A stretch of DNA of 64,000 nucleotides from Syntrophales bacterium (GCA_023229765.1 JALNYO010000010.1:40003-104002); one strand, 5' to 3'; positions 26,332 through 35,178 are shown, numbered from the stretch's first letter. The notes: a model not told the origin generated them from the sequence alone. A program made the numbers and translations.

Positions 26332-27774
26332 ATGTATAAAGACATGTTGAAAAATGGCAAAATGCGTTTGGTTTCATTGTTAGGTGCGATAGCAATAGTT
26401 TTTTTTGTTCTCTGGGGCTGCGGCGGTGGGACATCAAGTTATGATGCTGTCAATTACGACCCGGTGTTGACAAAAACCGCCAATGCGTTAGTCGATGCCA
26501 CAACATTGAAGGGCTGGATGGATCAGGGGCTTGTACAGGGAGTGTCTTCTCCATTCGTTGCAGGTGAAAAAGTCGTTATCCTTGATTACAAGGATGCAAC
26601 GGCCTATGCCAGTGGTCACATTCCGGGTGCCGTCAGGGTGGACGGCGGCGAACTGCTGCTTACCCGTCTCGAAGGCGTTGCGGAAATGGGGTCGCTTGTC
26701 ACTGACGGTCCGCATATGGATGCAATTATACAAAGGGCCGGCATCGATGCAAATACAACAATTGTTTTCACAAGCTCCAGTGTTTCCAACGCAACCAGAG
26801 CATATGCCACATTCCGCTATTGGGGATTCCCTAAGAGCCGGTTGAAAGTGCTCGATGGGGTCGATACCGTCTGGAAGGCTGCAAATCCAATGAGTCTGGC
26901 CACCCCGACTATAAAGCCCTCCAGTTATTGCGTTACGCCGAACGGCGTCAATCGCGTCCAGACGCAGCTTCGCGCTTCGCTGGGCGAAATGATGCATGCA
27001 GTTCAGAATTATGATGGGACGAAACACGCCATCATCGACGATCTGAGCAATCCGGCGAACGGCCTGGCAGTGCCGGTGACTTCGACTTCCACCTGGTCGG
27101 GGAATATTTACAAGGGGATTCCCGGATCGACATCGGGGTTACTTCCCTATGCAGTCAGCGCCACGACGGAATATGTGGTTTTTGAAGGACATATGAAAAA
27201 TGCCGTAAATTTGTACGCTACGAACATGTATGCTGGCAACGTATTCTTCCCCGCAGACGATGGCACTCCCGCCAGCCTCAAAAGCAAGTTCAACGCCGTC
27301 GGGATGGACGAGACAAAAACCGCTTATATCTACTGCCGCGCTGGCAACTTCGCGACGATTGAATTCTTTGCCCTGGATGGCATCTTGAACTGGAACGTCG
27401 TATGGTATGACGGTTCCTGGGGACAGTGGGCGCTCATGGCGGACAAGAAGGGCGGCAAACTAAAAGCGGGATCGATCTGGTCAACATACCCGCTCAGCGT
27501 TTCCGATCCCGTGCCGAACACTACCGATACGCTTCTGCCGAAATATGTAAGGGATGCGGTTGACGGAGTCACCTACAACACGGACAACACACCGGTCGGA
27601 AGTGCCGTAAAATATCCGATACAGCCTTTGCCCTATTACATTAATCTGGATGTCTTTACCTCGGTCACCGATCCGGCGGCAAACCAGATAGAAGCGACGG
27701 ACAAGGCTTACAAAAGCCCGCTTAGCTCACCCTCGGGCGGTTCTTCCGGCGGTTCCTCCGGCGGCGGCTGCTAA
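26332..27774 (+). CDS. extH: Tandem-rhodanese lipoprotein (ExtH-like) with Gly/Ser tail ending in Cys
   Basis: 480 aa. The lipobox is VLWGC. The first rhodanese domain is inactive and the second carries the catalytic loop YCRAGNFAT. The C-terminus reads SSPSGGSSGGSSGGGC-stop. The rhodanese-porin-small protein-pentaheme order matches my recollection of Geobacter ExtHIJK. Confidence 0.7.
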   Translation: MYKDMLKNGKMRLVSLLGAIAIVFFVLWGCGGGTSSYDAVNYDPVLTKTANALVDATTLKGWMDQGLVQGVSSPFVAGEKVVILDYKDATAYASGHIPGAVRVDGGELLLTRLEGVAEMGSLVTDGPHMDAIIQRAGIDANTTIVFTSSSVSNATRAYATFRYWGFPKSRLKVLDGVDTVWKAANPMSLATPTIKPSSYCVTPNGVNRVQTQLRASLGEMMHAVQNYDGTKHAIIDDLSNPANGLAVPVTSTSTWSGNIYKGIPGSTSGLLPYAVSATTEYVVFEGHMKNAVNLYATNMYAGNVFFPADDGTPASLKSKFNAVGMDETKTAYIYCRAGNFATIEFFALDGILNWNVVWYDGSWGQWALMADKKGGKLKAGSIWSTYPLSVSDPVPNTTDTLLPKYVRDAVDGVTYNTDNTPVGSAVKYPIQPLPYYINLDVFTSVTDPAANQIEATDKAYKSPLSSPSGGSSGGSSGGGC

Positions 27775-27844
27775 AAGGAAGGCTATGGATTGAGTCTGCT
27801 CGTGAAAAGAAAAAATTAAAACAACCTAATAAAAGGAGAACCCT

Positions 27845-29053
27845 ATGCCAAAAAACAGAATAACAGCAAAACTCGCAGCAGTTGTCCTTGGTGTGGCGCT
27901 GCTCGCCGGGACCGCCTATGCCGGTCCGCAAGTGAAGTTCGGGCCGAAAGATGAAGGTCTGCTGCAACTCGACTACAAGGGGCAATTGCAGATGACCATG
28001 CGCGACAATGGTTCCGGGACCAACAAGGAATCTGCCACCTATGATTTCAACTTTCGCCGCAACCGCCTGGCTCTCATGGGCAAATATGGCGAGCTGATAA
28101 GCATTTATGTGCAGACGGAGTACACCGAGCATCAGGATCTTGGCACGCTCACTGTAAGCGATACCGACAGCGGTTACGAGTTTCAGATGCTCGACGCGGT
28201 AGTGCGGTTCAACTTCGCTGATGCGTTCAAGGTGAACGCCGGCAAGTTCAAATACAACCTTTCGCGTGAAAACCTGGAAGCATGTGAAATGCCTCTTACC
28301 CTCGATCGGTCTCTCTTCATCCGCGCCCCCTATGTGACCACCCGTGACAAGGGTATCGCGATCTGGGGGAACCTGTTTGATGACATGTTCCAGTATCGGG
28401 CCGATGTCATGGAGGGGAGAAATGCCACTACCGCGGCCGCTCCCCAGCCGGAATCGAGTTTCCGGTATTCGGTGCGCGGCCATGTGACGCTTCTGGATCC
28501 GGAAAACGACTATGGCTATAAAGGGACCTATCTGGGGAATAAACAGGTTCTGACCATCGGCGCCGCCTATCAGTTTGAACCAGACGTCGCTTATGCGGAT
28601 ACCGTTGCCAAAACCGACGCGAAGGATTACAAGGCGTGGACGGCCGACATCTTTTTTGAATACCCCATAGAGAATTTTGGCACGGTTACCGCTTCCGCCG
28701 CCTATGAGGATATCGATCTCGGCAACGCATACAAGGGTTTTAATCCCGATCCAGATACGATTGGATTAAAGGGGGAGAAGAACGGTTTTTACGTAAAGGC
28801 CGGCTACATGCTGCCGAATACCCCGCTGCAGTTCTTTGCCAGATATGAAAAGTGGGCGTTTGCAAACCTGAATGGCATTGTCGACCAGGAGGTGGAATGG
28901 TACGGTGGAGGCTTCAATTACTACATCCGGGGCCAGAACCTGAAGATCACGCTTGAAGCGAGCAATACAAGTTTTGACAAGGGGACCGGGACCAGCGCCG
29001 ACAGTACCGAAAGTTTTATGACTTTCGTCGCGCAGCTTCAGGTTATCTTCTAA
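27845..29053 (+). CDS. extI: Outer-membrane beta-barrel porin (ExtI-like)
   Basis: 402 aa. The signal peptide ends in AGTAYA-GP. Alternating beta-strand periodicity is visible, and the C-terminal FVAQLQVIF has the terminal Phe typical of OMPs. Confidence 0.75.
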   Translation: MPKNRITAKLAAVVLGVALLAGTAYAGPQVKFGPKDEGLLQLDYKGQLQMTMRDNGSGTNKESATYDFNFRRNRLALMGKYGELISIYVQTEYTEHQDLGTLTVSDTDSGYEFQMLDAVVRFNFADAFKVNAGKFKYNLSRENLEACEMPLTLDRSLFIRAPYVTTRDKGIAIWGNLFDDMFQYRADVMEGRNATTAAAPQPESSFRYSVRGHVTLLDPENDYGYKGTYLGNKQVLTIGAAYQFEPDVAYADTVAKTDAKDYKAWTADIFFEYPIENFGTVTASAAYEDIDLGNAYKGFNPDPDTIGLKGEKNGFYVKAGYMLPNTPLQFFARYEKWAFANLNGIVDQEVEWYGGGFNYYIRGQNLKITLEASNTSFDKGTGTSADSTESFMTFVAQLQVIF

Positions 29054-29071
29054 GAAAAAAAGATCATATCC

Positions 29072-29114
29072 ATACGCCAGGCCGCATAATTTCGAATACG
29101 GCGGCTTGGCGTAT
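29072..29114 (+). other. Strong intercistronic stem-loop between porin and small-protein genes
   Basis: ATACGCCAGGCCGC pairs with GCGGCTTGGCGTAT (14 bp including one G-U) around a 15-nt loop. No U-tract follows. Confidence 0.5.
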
Positions 29115-29142
29115 CAAAACACTAAATGAAAAGGAGGATAAG

Positions 29143-29463
29143 ATGTCCGGAAGAATCAGGATCGGGATTATGGCGTTTTTGCTGGTTGTTTTAATGTCGG
29201 CATCGGCGATTGCGGCGGAGAAAATTAACTGCAAGGTTGCGAAGGTATCCGGGGACAAGGTTACCGTGGCAATCGAGGGAGCGGTTCCCCCGTGGGTGAA
29301 GAGCGGGGCTACGGTTATCGGCGGCGGCGGCGCCCCGAAGATTGTTTCAATGAAGGGCAATGAAGTTGTTCTGCGCTTCAGCAGAGCCAAGGCTGCCAAA
29401 ATCAAGGTTGACTCAACGATTTCCCTGGAAGAGTCGTCTGGGGATGAGCTTCAGGGCTGCTGA
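29143..29463 (+). CDS. extJ: Small secreted protein (ExtJ-like) ending in Cys
   Basis: 106 aa. The signal peptide reads MAFLLVVLMSASAIA-AEK and the mature protein is about 80 aa. The C-terminus is SSGDELQGC-stop. RBS AAAGGAGG lies upstream. Confidence 0.6.
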   Translation: MSGRIRIGIMAFLLVVLMSASAIAAEKINCKVAKVSGDKVTVAIEGAVPPWVKSGATVIGGGGAPKIVSMKGNEVVLRFSRAKAAKIKVDSTISLEESSGDELQGC

Positions 29464-29552
29464 TTCTAAAGAGGGGGGCGACCGCACTTTCGCGTGTAAG
29501 GAGCTTTCAACATGCGGTTGTCTTCCCTAAAACAGGTTAGAGAGAGGTGGGT

Positions 29553-30905
29553 ATGATAAAAATACCAATGAAAGGTCTGCTGTTGGCGGTTATAGGGATC
29601 ATCGCCTTCGCTTCTCTTTCGTTTGCGGAAAAGGCCGGGATCGGTTGGAAAGAAACCATCGTCGCCAAATCCGGAAAGGCAAAGAGCGTTGCAGAGCTGG
29701 CAAAGATGTATGATTCGAGCTCGTGCGTTGAATGTCACAAGGAGCAGCATGACGAGGCTCAGAAGTCTATTCATTCGCGCTCGATTTTCGGCACGGCGCG
29801 TACAGCGATGACGATCATGAGCTCTATTGAAAATGGCTGGATGGAACAGCCTTATTCGGGGGTGAAGAGTCCGAAAGATGTGAAGGTGGAGCATCTGATG
29901 GGATGTGCGAAGTGCCATCTGCCGCAGCTTGCGGACGCCGAGGACTCGGTTGCCCAGGAGATTGTTACGTCTCTTTACCGCTGGAAAGACGCTCTGAAGA
30001 GGAAGGACAAGGAGACGGCGCAGAAGGAAGAAGCCAAACTGAAGAGCGTTTCCATTAACTGTCTTGTCTGCCATAACCGTAACGCCATCACCCATAAATG
30101 GCAGGATGGCTATCCGAAGGCGGGCGTTGTTTACGGCTCGAAGGATGGGGATCATCCCTCGGATGCTTTTCCGAAGATGGCAGTCAGTCCCATTATGAAA
30201 GAGGCGATTCAGTGCGGCCAGTGCCACGGGCTCGGCCCGAATTTCGAGCTGGACGAACCGACCCAGTGCTGCACTTCTTACGGCAGCTATCTTTGGTCGT
30301 ACAAATCCGAGGTGGGACAAGAGTCCTGTCAGGGTTGCCACATGGAAAAGAGCAAGCTCGGTCATAATATCCAGGGATATAGGGACCCGGCGATGATTAA
30401 GGATGCGGTCGACTTCAAGGTCGAGGCATTCGGATACTACTGGCGCGACATAACCGACCTTGTTCCGAAGGTTGTGGTGAAGGTGGAGATGATCAACCGG
30501 TCGGGACACTCCATCCCCGATGGGTGACCGACCCCCAACCGACTGGTTCTGTCGGTAATTGCAACAACGAAGGATGGCGAAGAGGTTTTCAATCAGGAAA
30601 AGGTTTACATGCCGGTGCCGCAGCAATTGGCCCGGGGGGACCGGATGGGACGAGGCCCTTATGAAAAGAGCGGGATAATCGAGGATACTGGTCTCCCTCC
30701 CGGCAAGGCTGTTCATGAGCGTTTCGATATTCTTTATCCGTTCGGCGATGTAAAGGAGAACGGGAAGACGGTCAATAAACAGCTGGCGCACGATCTGAAT
30801 GTCGAAGTGAAGCTCTGGTACCTTCCGTTCGGGTCGATGAATTCGAATGCGTTTCTCTGGCGTGAATTCAAAAAGACCGTCAGCGTCAGCACGAAAGGGA
30901 AATAG
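29553..30905 (+). CDS. extK: Periplasmic pentaheme c-type cytochrome (ExtK-like), probable selenoprotein with UGA at 30525-30527 read as Sec
   Basis: Signal peptide plus five CxxCH motifs (CVECH, CAKCH, CLVCH, CGQCH, CQGCH). Track ORFs 29547-30527 and 30609-30905 share one frame. The 81 nt between them contain no stop. The UGA falls inside a contiguous beta-rich domain (VKVEMINRSGHSIPDG-U-PTPNRLVLSVIATTKDGEEV). A SECIS-like hairpin follows (see feature 30525-30556). Confidence 0.65.
30525..30556 (+). other. In-frame UGA plus SECIS-like hairpin
   Basis: The UGA is at 30525-30527. The stem ACCGAC (30538-30543) pairs with GTCGGT (30551-30556) around the 7-nt loop UGGUUCU, which contains GGUU. 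The first loop G is 20 nt from the U of UGA. Confidence 0.55.
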
Positions 30906-30959
30906 CAGACACGGGGACAGTTAAGTCCGGTGTCGGACAACAGCAAGCAGTTGAAAGCG

Positions 30960-30992
30960 ACCGACGGGGGGAAATCCCGTCGGTTCTTTTTT
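30960..30992 (+). terminator. Rho-independent terminator ending the extHIJK-like operon
   Basis: ACCGACGGG-GGGAAAT-CCCGTCGGT (9-bp GC-rich stem) is followed by TCTTTTTT, 55 nt after the stop at 30905. Confidence 0.75.
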
Positions 30993-31092
30993 GAGAATTC
31001 GTGCAAACAGCTTGACTGAGCGATGAGTTGATTATAGAAGCATTCCGTAAAGACGATCAGCGCAACTGCTGACATAACCGTGATCGACGCCA

Positions 31093-32931
31093 ATGGTTTA
31101 TAACCGGCTTTTTCCGTCATTTTTGATTCTGCTGTCTCTTCTCGGCTGTAACCAGCCGGATATGCGGACATCGACCTGCGAATCCTGCCACAGGGGCATC
31201 GAGATACTCTCTCCTGCTCACCATTCCTGTGTTTCCTGCCATCGCGGAGACGACCGGACGCTCGATGCCAAAAAAAGTCATCAGAACATGCTGGGACCGA
31301 AGAATCCATCCGCTCCCGATACCTGGGAAAAGGGCTGCGGAGAGTGTCACTACCACCAGCTAAGCCGCATGCGTTCCAATCTGATGTACACGACGACTGG
31401 CATGATCAAGAATATCCAGTTGACCTGGGAAGGTGAAAACGGGCGTCTTTACGCGGGCAAGGCCGACCGGGTGTTCGACGCCCGGGGGCATGAGCTGCTG
31501 CTCAACGGTGTCGCCGATCTCGATCATCTCTCCGGCGAATTGTACCGCAAGTTCTGTTCCCAGTGCCATGTGGGGATCGATACCACCAACGTTTACACGG
31601 CGAGCCACGCGGCTGGCTGCGCGGCCTGCCATTTCCCATACAACGACCGGGCGACTTACGAAGGGAAGGAGCCGTCGCTCAAAGGTAAATCACCCTATTC
31701 CGCAAGCCACCAGATGGAAAAACTTCCAGACAACAAGGTTTGCGTTCGCTGTCACAACCGCAGCGGCCGGATCGCCCTTTACTACGAGGGATTCAATGAT
31801 GGCAGCAACTCTCTCGTGCCGACCAGAAACGGATCTCCCGGACCGGTCATGTTGAGCGGCAACCGCAATGCCACCCACATCGCCCCGGACGTTCATTTTG
31901 TCGCGGGCATGGACTGCATAGACTGTCATACTTCGCGGGACGTCATGGGGGACGGTTACGCGTATGAAAACATGTATCTCCAGACGGAGATCAGTTGCGA
32001 GGATTGCCATGGCGGGGGAGATTCCCGGCCCCGGTACCGCGAAATAACGAGGGAAAGCGATGAGGCGCTGCGCGAGTCTCAGCAGTACAAGATCAAGATG
32101 CGTCCGGGGATGAAGATGATGCTTACCGCCAAAGGGCGGATGTATTCCAATGTTTTTTACCAGGATGGGATTGTCTATGTTCTCGGCAAAAGGAGCGGGA
32201 AACTGTTCAAAAGCAAGGTTATTTCCGGAACTCCGGAGCATGCCGTCTTCGGGCATGACCGTCTGGAATGCTATGCCTGCCATTCGCGCACGGTGGCCCA
32301 GTGTTATGGATGCCACACCAACTATGACAAAACAAAGCCGGGGATAGATTATATCAAGCAAATGGTCACCCCCGGCCGCTTCAGCGAGACCGAGGATTAC
32401 CGGGCGCTCTATCCGTTTCCACTGGCGCTGAATCAGCGGGGCAAGATTTCCCCTGTCACGCCCGGTTGTCAGACTTTTGTCACCGTCATCGAGGCGGATG
32501 GAACTGTTTCCAAAAACGAATACGTGGCAAAGTTCAAAGGAAAGAGTCAGTTGCGTTTTGCCCCGTTTTATTCGCATAATACCGGAACGAAGGCGATCGG
32601 GTGCAATGAATGCCACGCCAATCCATCATTTCTCGGTTTCGGCCAGCATGTGGTCGAGGGAAACAGCATAAACGCCACGATGATCTGCGAAAAATCGGAG
32701 AGCAAGCCGCTGGACGGCTATATCACCATGGAACAGGGAAAGGTGCGGTCCTTCTCCGCCATCACCCGTGAAAATTCCCGCCCTTTGAACGGAAAAGAGG
32801 TGCGGCGCACGCTCGCCGCCAATCTCTGCATCGTTTGTCATGACAAGGCAAAAGACCCGATTTACCGAAAGGAACTTGATTATAATGCGCTTGATGATAA
32901 GCTGCATCGCCGCCTGCTTGCTGTTCATTAA
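31093..32931 (+). CDS. Dodecaheme c-type cytochrome lipoprotein
   Basis: 612 aa. The lipobox is LSLLGC. I counted 12 CxxCH motifs: CESCH, CVSCH, CGECH, CSQCH, CAACH, CVRCH, CIDCH, CEDCH, CYACH, CYGCH, CNECH, CIVCH. Confidence 0.85.
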   Translation: MVYNRLFPSFLILLSLLGCNQPDMRTSTCESCHRGIEILSPAHHSCVSCHRGDDRTLDAKKSHQNMLGPKNPSAPDTWEKGCGECHYHQLSRMRSNLMYTTTGMIKNIQLTWEGENGRLYAGKADRVFDARGHELLLNGVADLDHLSGELYRKFCSQCHVGIDTTNVYTASHAAGCAACHFPYNDRATYEGKEPSLKGKSPYSASHQMEKLPDNKVCVRCHNRSGRIALYYEGFNDGSNSLVPTRNGSPGPVMLSGNRNATHIAPDVHFVAGMDCIDCHTSRDVMGDGYAYENMYLQTEISCEDCHGGGDSRPRYREITRESDEALRESQQYKIKMRPGMKMMLTAKGRMYSNVFYQDGIVYVLGKRSGKLFKSKVISGTPEHAVFGHDRLECYACHSRTVAQCYGCHTNYDKTKPGIDYIKQMVTPGRFSETEDYRALYPFPLALNQRGKISPVTPGCQTFVTVIEADGTVSKNEYVAKFKGKSQLRFAPFYSHNTGTKAIGCNECHANPSFLGFGQHVVEGNSINATMICEKSESKPLDGYITMEQGKVRSFSAITRENSRPLNGKEVRRTLAANLCIVCHDKAKDPIYRKELDYNALDDKLHRRLLAVH

Positions 32932-34135
32932 CCCGGCGGGCGGCGCTGCCGGTAAAAACTGCACATCCTGTCATCAGGTTGTATTGAAAGGCATCCATGC
33001 GGCGCTTTCGTGCGCATCCTGCCACCGCGAAAAGCCGGACGTCATCGCCGATCCGGCATCCGGAAAGCATCATGCCGCCGGCTGCGTCGGCTGCCATCAG
33101 GGTTACGGCGCCCTGTTCGATCATGCCATGGCGACCAGAAGCAGGGAGAAGCTCTTTGTTCAGCGAACTATCGGCAACAGCGACTCCGGTTTTTTCGGAA
33201 AAAACTGCGGCTCCTGCCACCTGAAGAGTTGCACCGACTGCCACGGGGGGAAGGGGCACAACATCGTCAAGGCAGCGGACAAAAGCTGCATGGCCTGTCA
33301 CAAGGGGTATTACGTCGGGATGGAGTACTACGGGATGGCGCCCCGGGAAGACAGCAGCCGTTACCAGAGAGGCAAGGCAGCTTTTGGCGAAAAATCCCTG
33401 AAAATGCTCCCGGACGTTCACGCGGAGGCGGGCATGACCTGCGGGGCCTGTCACTCCATGAAAAGCCTCGTTACGGGGGCGAAGTCTTCCCGGAAATGCG
33501 TCGATTGCCATCAGGCGCAGAAAACCGTCGTCGAGCACCGCATAAAGGCTCACATGGAAAAGCTGGAATGTTATGCCTGCCATTCCGCCTGGGCGGCGCA
33601 GGAGTACGGAACCTTCTATCTCCGTTTTATAAACAGCCCAGTGCAGAGGGAGTTTGAGGCAGTCAAAAACAGAGGGGAATATGTGAAAAGTTCCTATCTC
33701 AAGAAACAGGATGCCCCGCCTTTGGGGGTCAATGCCGCAGGCAGAGTCAGTCCAATCCGGCCCGAGTTTATTTTCTACGGAACGACCGTCAAAAACAACC
33801 GGCCGGAAGGAAAGGAAAGCCGGCTGCTTGCCGCCGAATGGAAGGCCTTTTTCCCGCATACGATAAGGCGGGGGACTCTCATGTGCGATGGCTGCCATGA
33901 AAATTCCCGGCGTTTTATTATGGAAAAAAAAGAGGACAGGATTTATAACCTTCCTGCCGACGGGATGACGCTCCCCTCTTTCTGGGAGCGAACTGGCCAG
34001 AAGGTTGTCAATGGAGATTTTCTGCCCCGTGAACGCTATCTGCGGATGTCGAAAAAAACGCCGGCTTATTGGAGAGGATACCTGGAAAAATGGCAAAAAC
34101 TGGTCAATCGCGTCGACGGTTCCTCGTCGCATTAG
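32885..34135 (+). CDS. Decaheme c-type cytochrome
   Basis: I counted 10 CxxCH motifs: CTSCH, CASCH, CVGCH, CGSCH, CTDCH, CMACH, CGACH, CVDCH, CYACH, CDGCH. I prefer the start at ATG 32885 (MRLMISCIAACLLF..., a short signal or possible lipobox IAAC), which overlaps the upstream gene end. Confidence 0.8.
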   Translation: MRLMISCIAACLLFINPAGGAAGKNCTSCHQVVLKGIHAALSCASCHREKPDVIADPASGKHHAAGCVGCHQGYGALFDHAMATRSREKLFVQRTIGNSDSGFFGKNCGSCHLKSCTDCHGGKGHNIVKAADKSCMACHKGYYVGMEYYGMAPREDSSRYQRGKAAFGEKSLKMLPDVHAEAGMTCGACHSMKSLVTGAKSSRKCVDCHQAQKTVVEHRIKAHMEKLECYACHSAWAAQEYGTFYLRFINSPVQREFEAVKNRGEYVKSSYLKKQDAPPLGVNAAGRVSPIRPEFIFYGTTVKNNRPEGKESRLLAAEWKAFFPHTIRRGTLMCDGCHENSRRFIMEKKEDRIYNLPADGMTLPSFWERTGQKVVNGDFLPRERYLRMSKKTPAYWRGYLEKWQKLVNRVDGSSSH

Positions 34136-34482
34136 CGTTTCTGGCAACAGGGCTTCTCTCGCTGACGAGGTTTTTGAAACCGGCCGCCAAGAGCAAAAAG
34201 ACGTTGCTCGCCGTGGCCGAGAAAGACATTCCGAGTAACGGCGCCCTCGTGTATAAGGAGGCGCGAGTCGCCATCATCAGGGAGTCGGGTAAAATATCTG
34301 CCGTCAGTCTGGTTTGCACCCATCTGGGCTGCACCGTTTCCGCGACGACCGATGAGCTTGTCTGTCCGTGCCACGGAAGCAGTTTTGACTGGAAGGGAAT
34401 CGTCATCAAGGGACCGGCGGACCGGCCTTTGCCGCAGTACAAGGTGGAAGAACGCGACGGACGGATTGTGGTACTGCTGTAA
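34090..34482 (+). CDS. Rieske 2Fe-2S protein with Tat signal and membrane anchor
   Basis: The twin-arginine motif SRRRFLVALAFLATG is present. Rieske boxes are CTHLGC and CPCHGS (bc1/b6f type). I prefer ATG 34090 over the TTG at 34069. Confidence 0.85.
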   Translation: MAKTGQSRRRFLVALAFLATGLLSLTRFLKPAAKSKKTLLAVAEKDIPSNGALVYKEARVAIIRESGKISAVSLVCTHLGCTVSATTDELVCPCHGSSFDWKGIVIKGPADRPLPQYKVEERDGRIVVLL

Positions 34483-34515
34483 TTATGGATTGACAGAGAC
34501 AAGAAGCGGAAACAT

Positions 34516-35178
34516 TTGCCAATTTTGACGGCAATCCCTCAGCGAGGAGAAGATTTTTTGTTCAAGGATTTTTTTAAACACATATTTCCCCGGATTGTAC
34601 TGCTGGGCAATCTGCGGATAACCTATACCTTCTGCCTGGGCGGGCTGGCCTTTACCACGTTTTTACTGCTTATCGCCTCCGGGCTGCTGCTCCTTTTTTA
34701 TTACCAGCCTGCGCCGGAACGGGCGTTTCAATCCATCCTGTTTCTGGAAGAATCGGTCTGGGGGGGGCGGTATCTGCGGAGCCTGCACCGGCTTTCTTCC
34801 CACTTTTTTCTCGTCCTCATTTTTCTCCACACCCTGCGGGTCATACTTACCGGGGCCTACCGCAAGCCGCGTGAGTTCAACTGGGCGATCGGGTTTTCAC
34901 TCCTCTGCATTACGATTTTCGATGCGTACACCGGCTATCTGCTGCCAATGGACCAGCTCAGCCTGTGGGCGACCCAGACGGGGATGGAGCTGGTCGGGAC
35001 AACGTTTCCGGGACCGCAGGTACGGGGGATCCTTGTGCCCGACGGAGTCGGCCAGCCGATGTCGCTGCTGCGTTTTTATATACTGCACATCGTGCTGCTG
35101 CCACTGTCGGTACTTTCTCTTTCCGTTCTCCATTTCTACCGCATCCGGAAAGACCGGGGACTTTTGCCGTATCTGTGA
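34516..35178 (+). CDS. Cytochrome b (b6-like N-terminal half, four-helix heme-b domain)
   Basis: The sequence carries RSLHRLSSHFFLVLIFLHTLRVILTGAY and RFYILHIVLLPLSVLSLSVLHFYRIRK, the conserved His pairs of helices B and D. The start is uncertain: TTG 34516, or TTG 34558 preceded by GAGGAG. Confidence 0.85.
   Translation: MPILTAIPQRGEDFLFKDFFKHIFPRIVLLGNLRITYTFCLGGLAFTTFLLLIASGLLLLFYYQPAPERAFQSILFLEESVWGGRYLRSLHRLSSHFFLVLIFLHTLRVILTGAYRKPREFNWAIGFSLLCITIFDAYTGYLLPMDQLSLWATQTGMELVGTTFPGPQVRGILVPDGVGQPMSLLRFYILHIVLLPLSVLSLSVLHFYRIRKDRGLLPYL

Noticed and set aside
30609-30905. Treating the 98-aa ORF after the UGA as an independent gene.
   Set aside because: It is in frame with the upstream cytochrome and no stops intervene. 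It has no signal peptide or good RBS, and the UGA bisects a continuous domain. Read-through (Sec) or a nonsense mutation is more plausible than a separate gene.
29466-34147. Long minus-strand ORFs antisense to the cytochrome genes: 29466-30791 (441 aa), 31690-32616 (308 aa) and 32762-34147 (461 aa).
   Set aside because: The plus-strand products carry signal peptides and 5, 12 and 10 CxxCH motifs. The antisense translations are R/H/L-rich with no motifs, which is typical of stop-poor antisense frames in GC-rich coding DNA.
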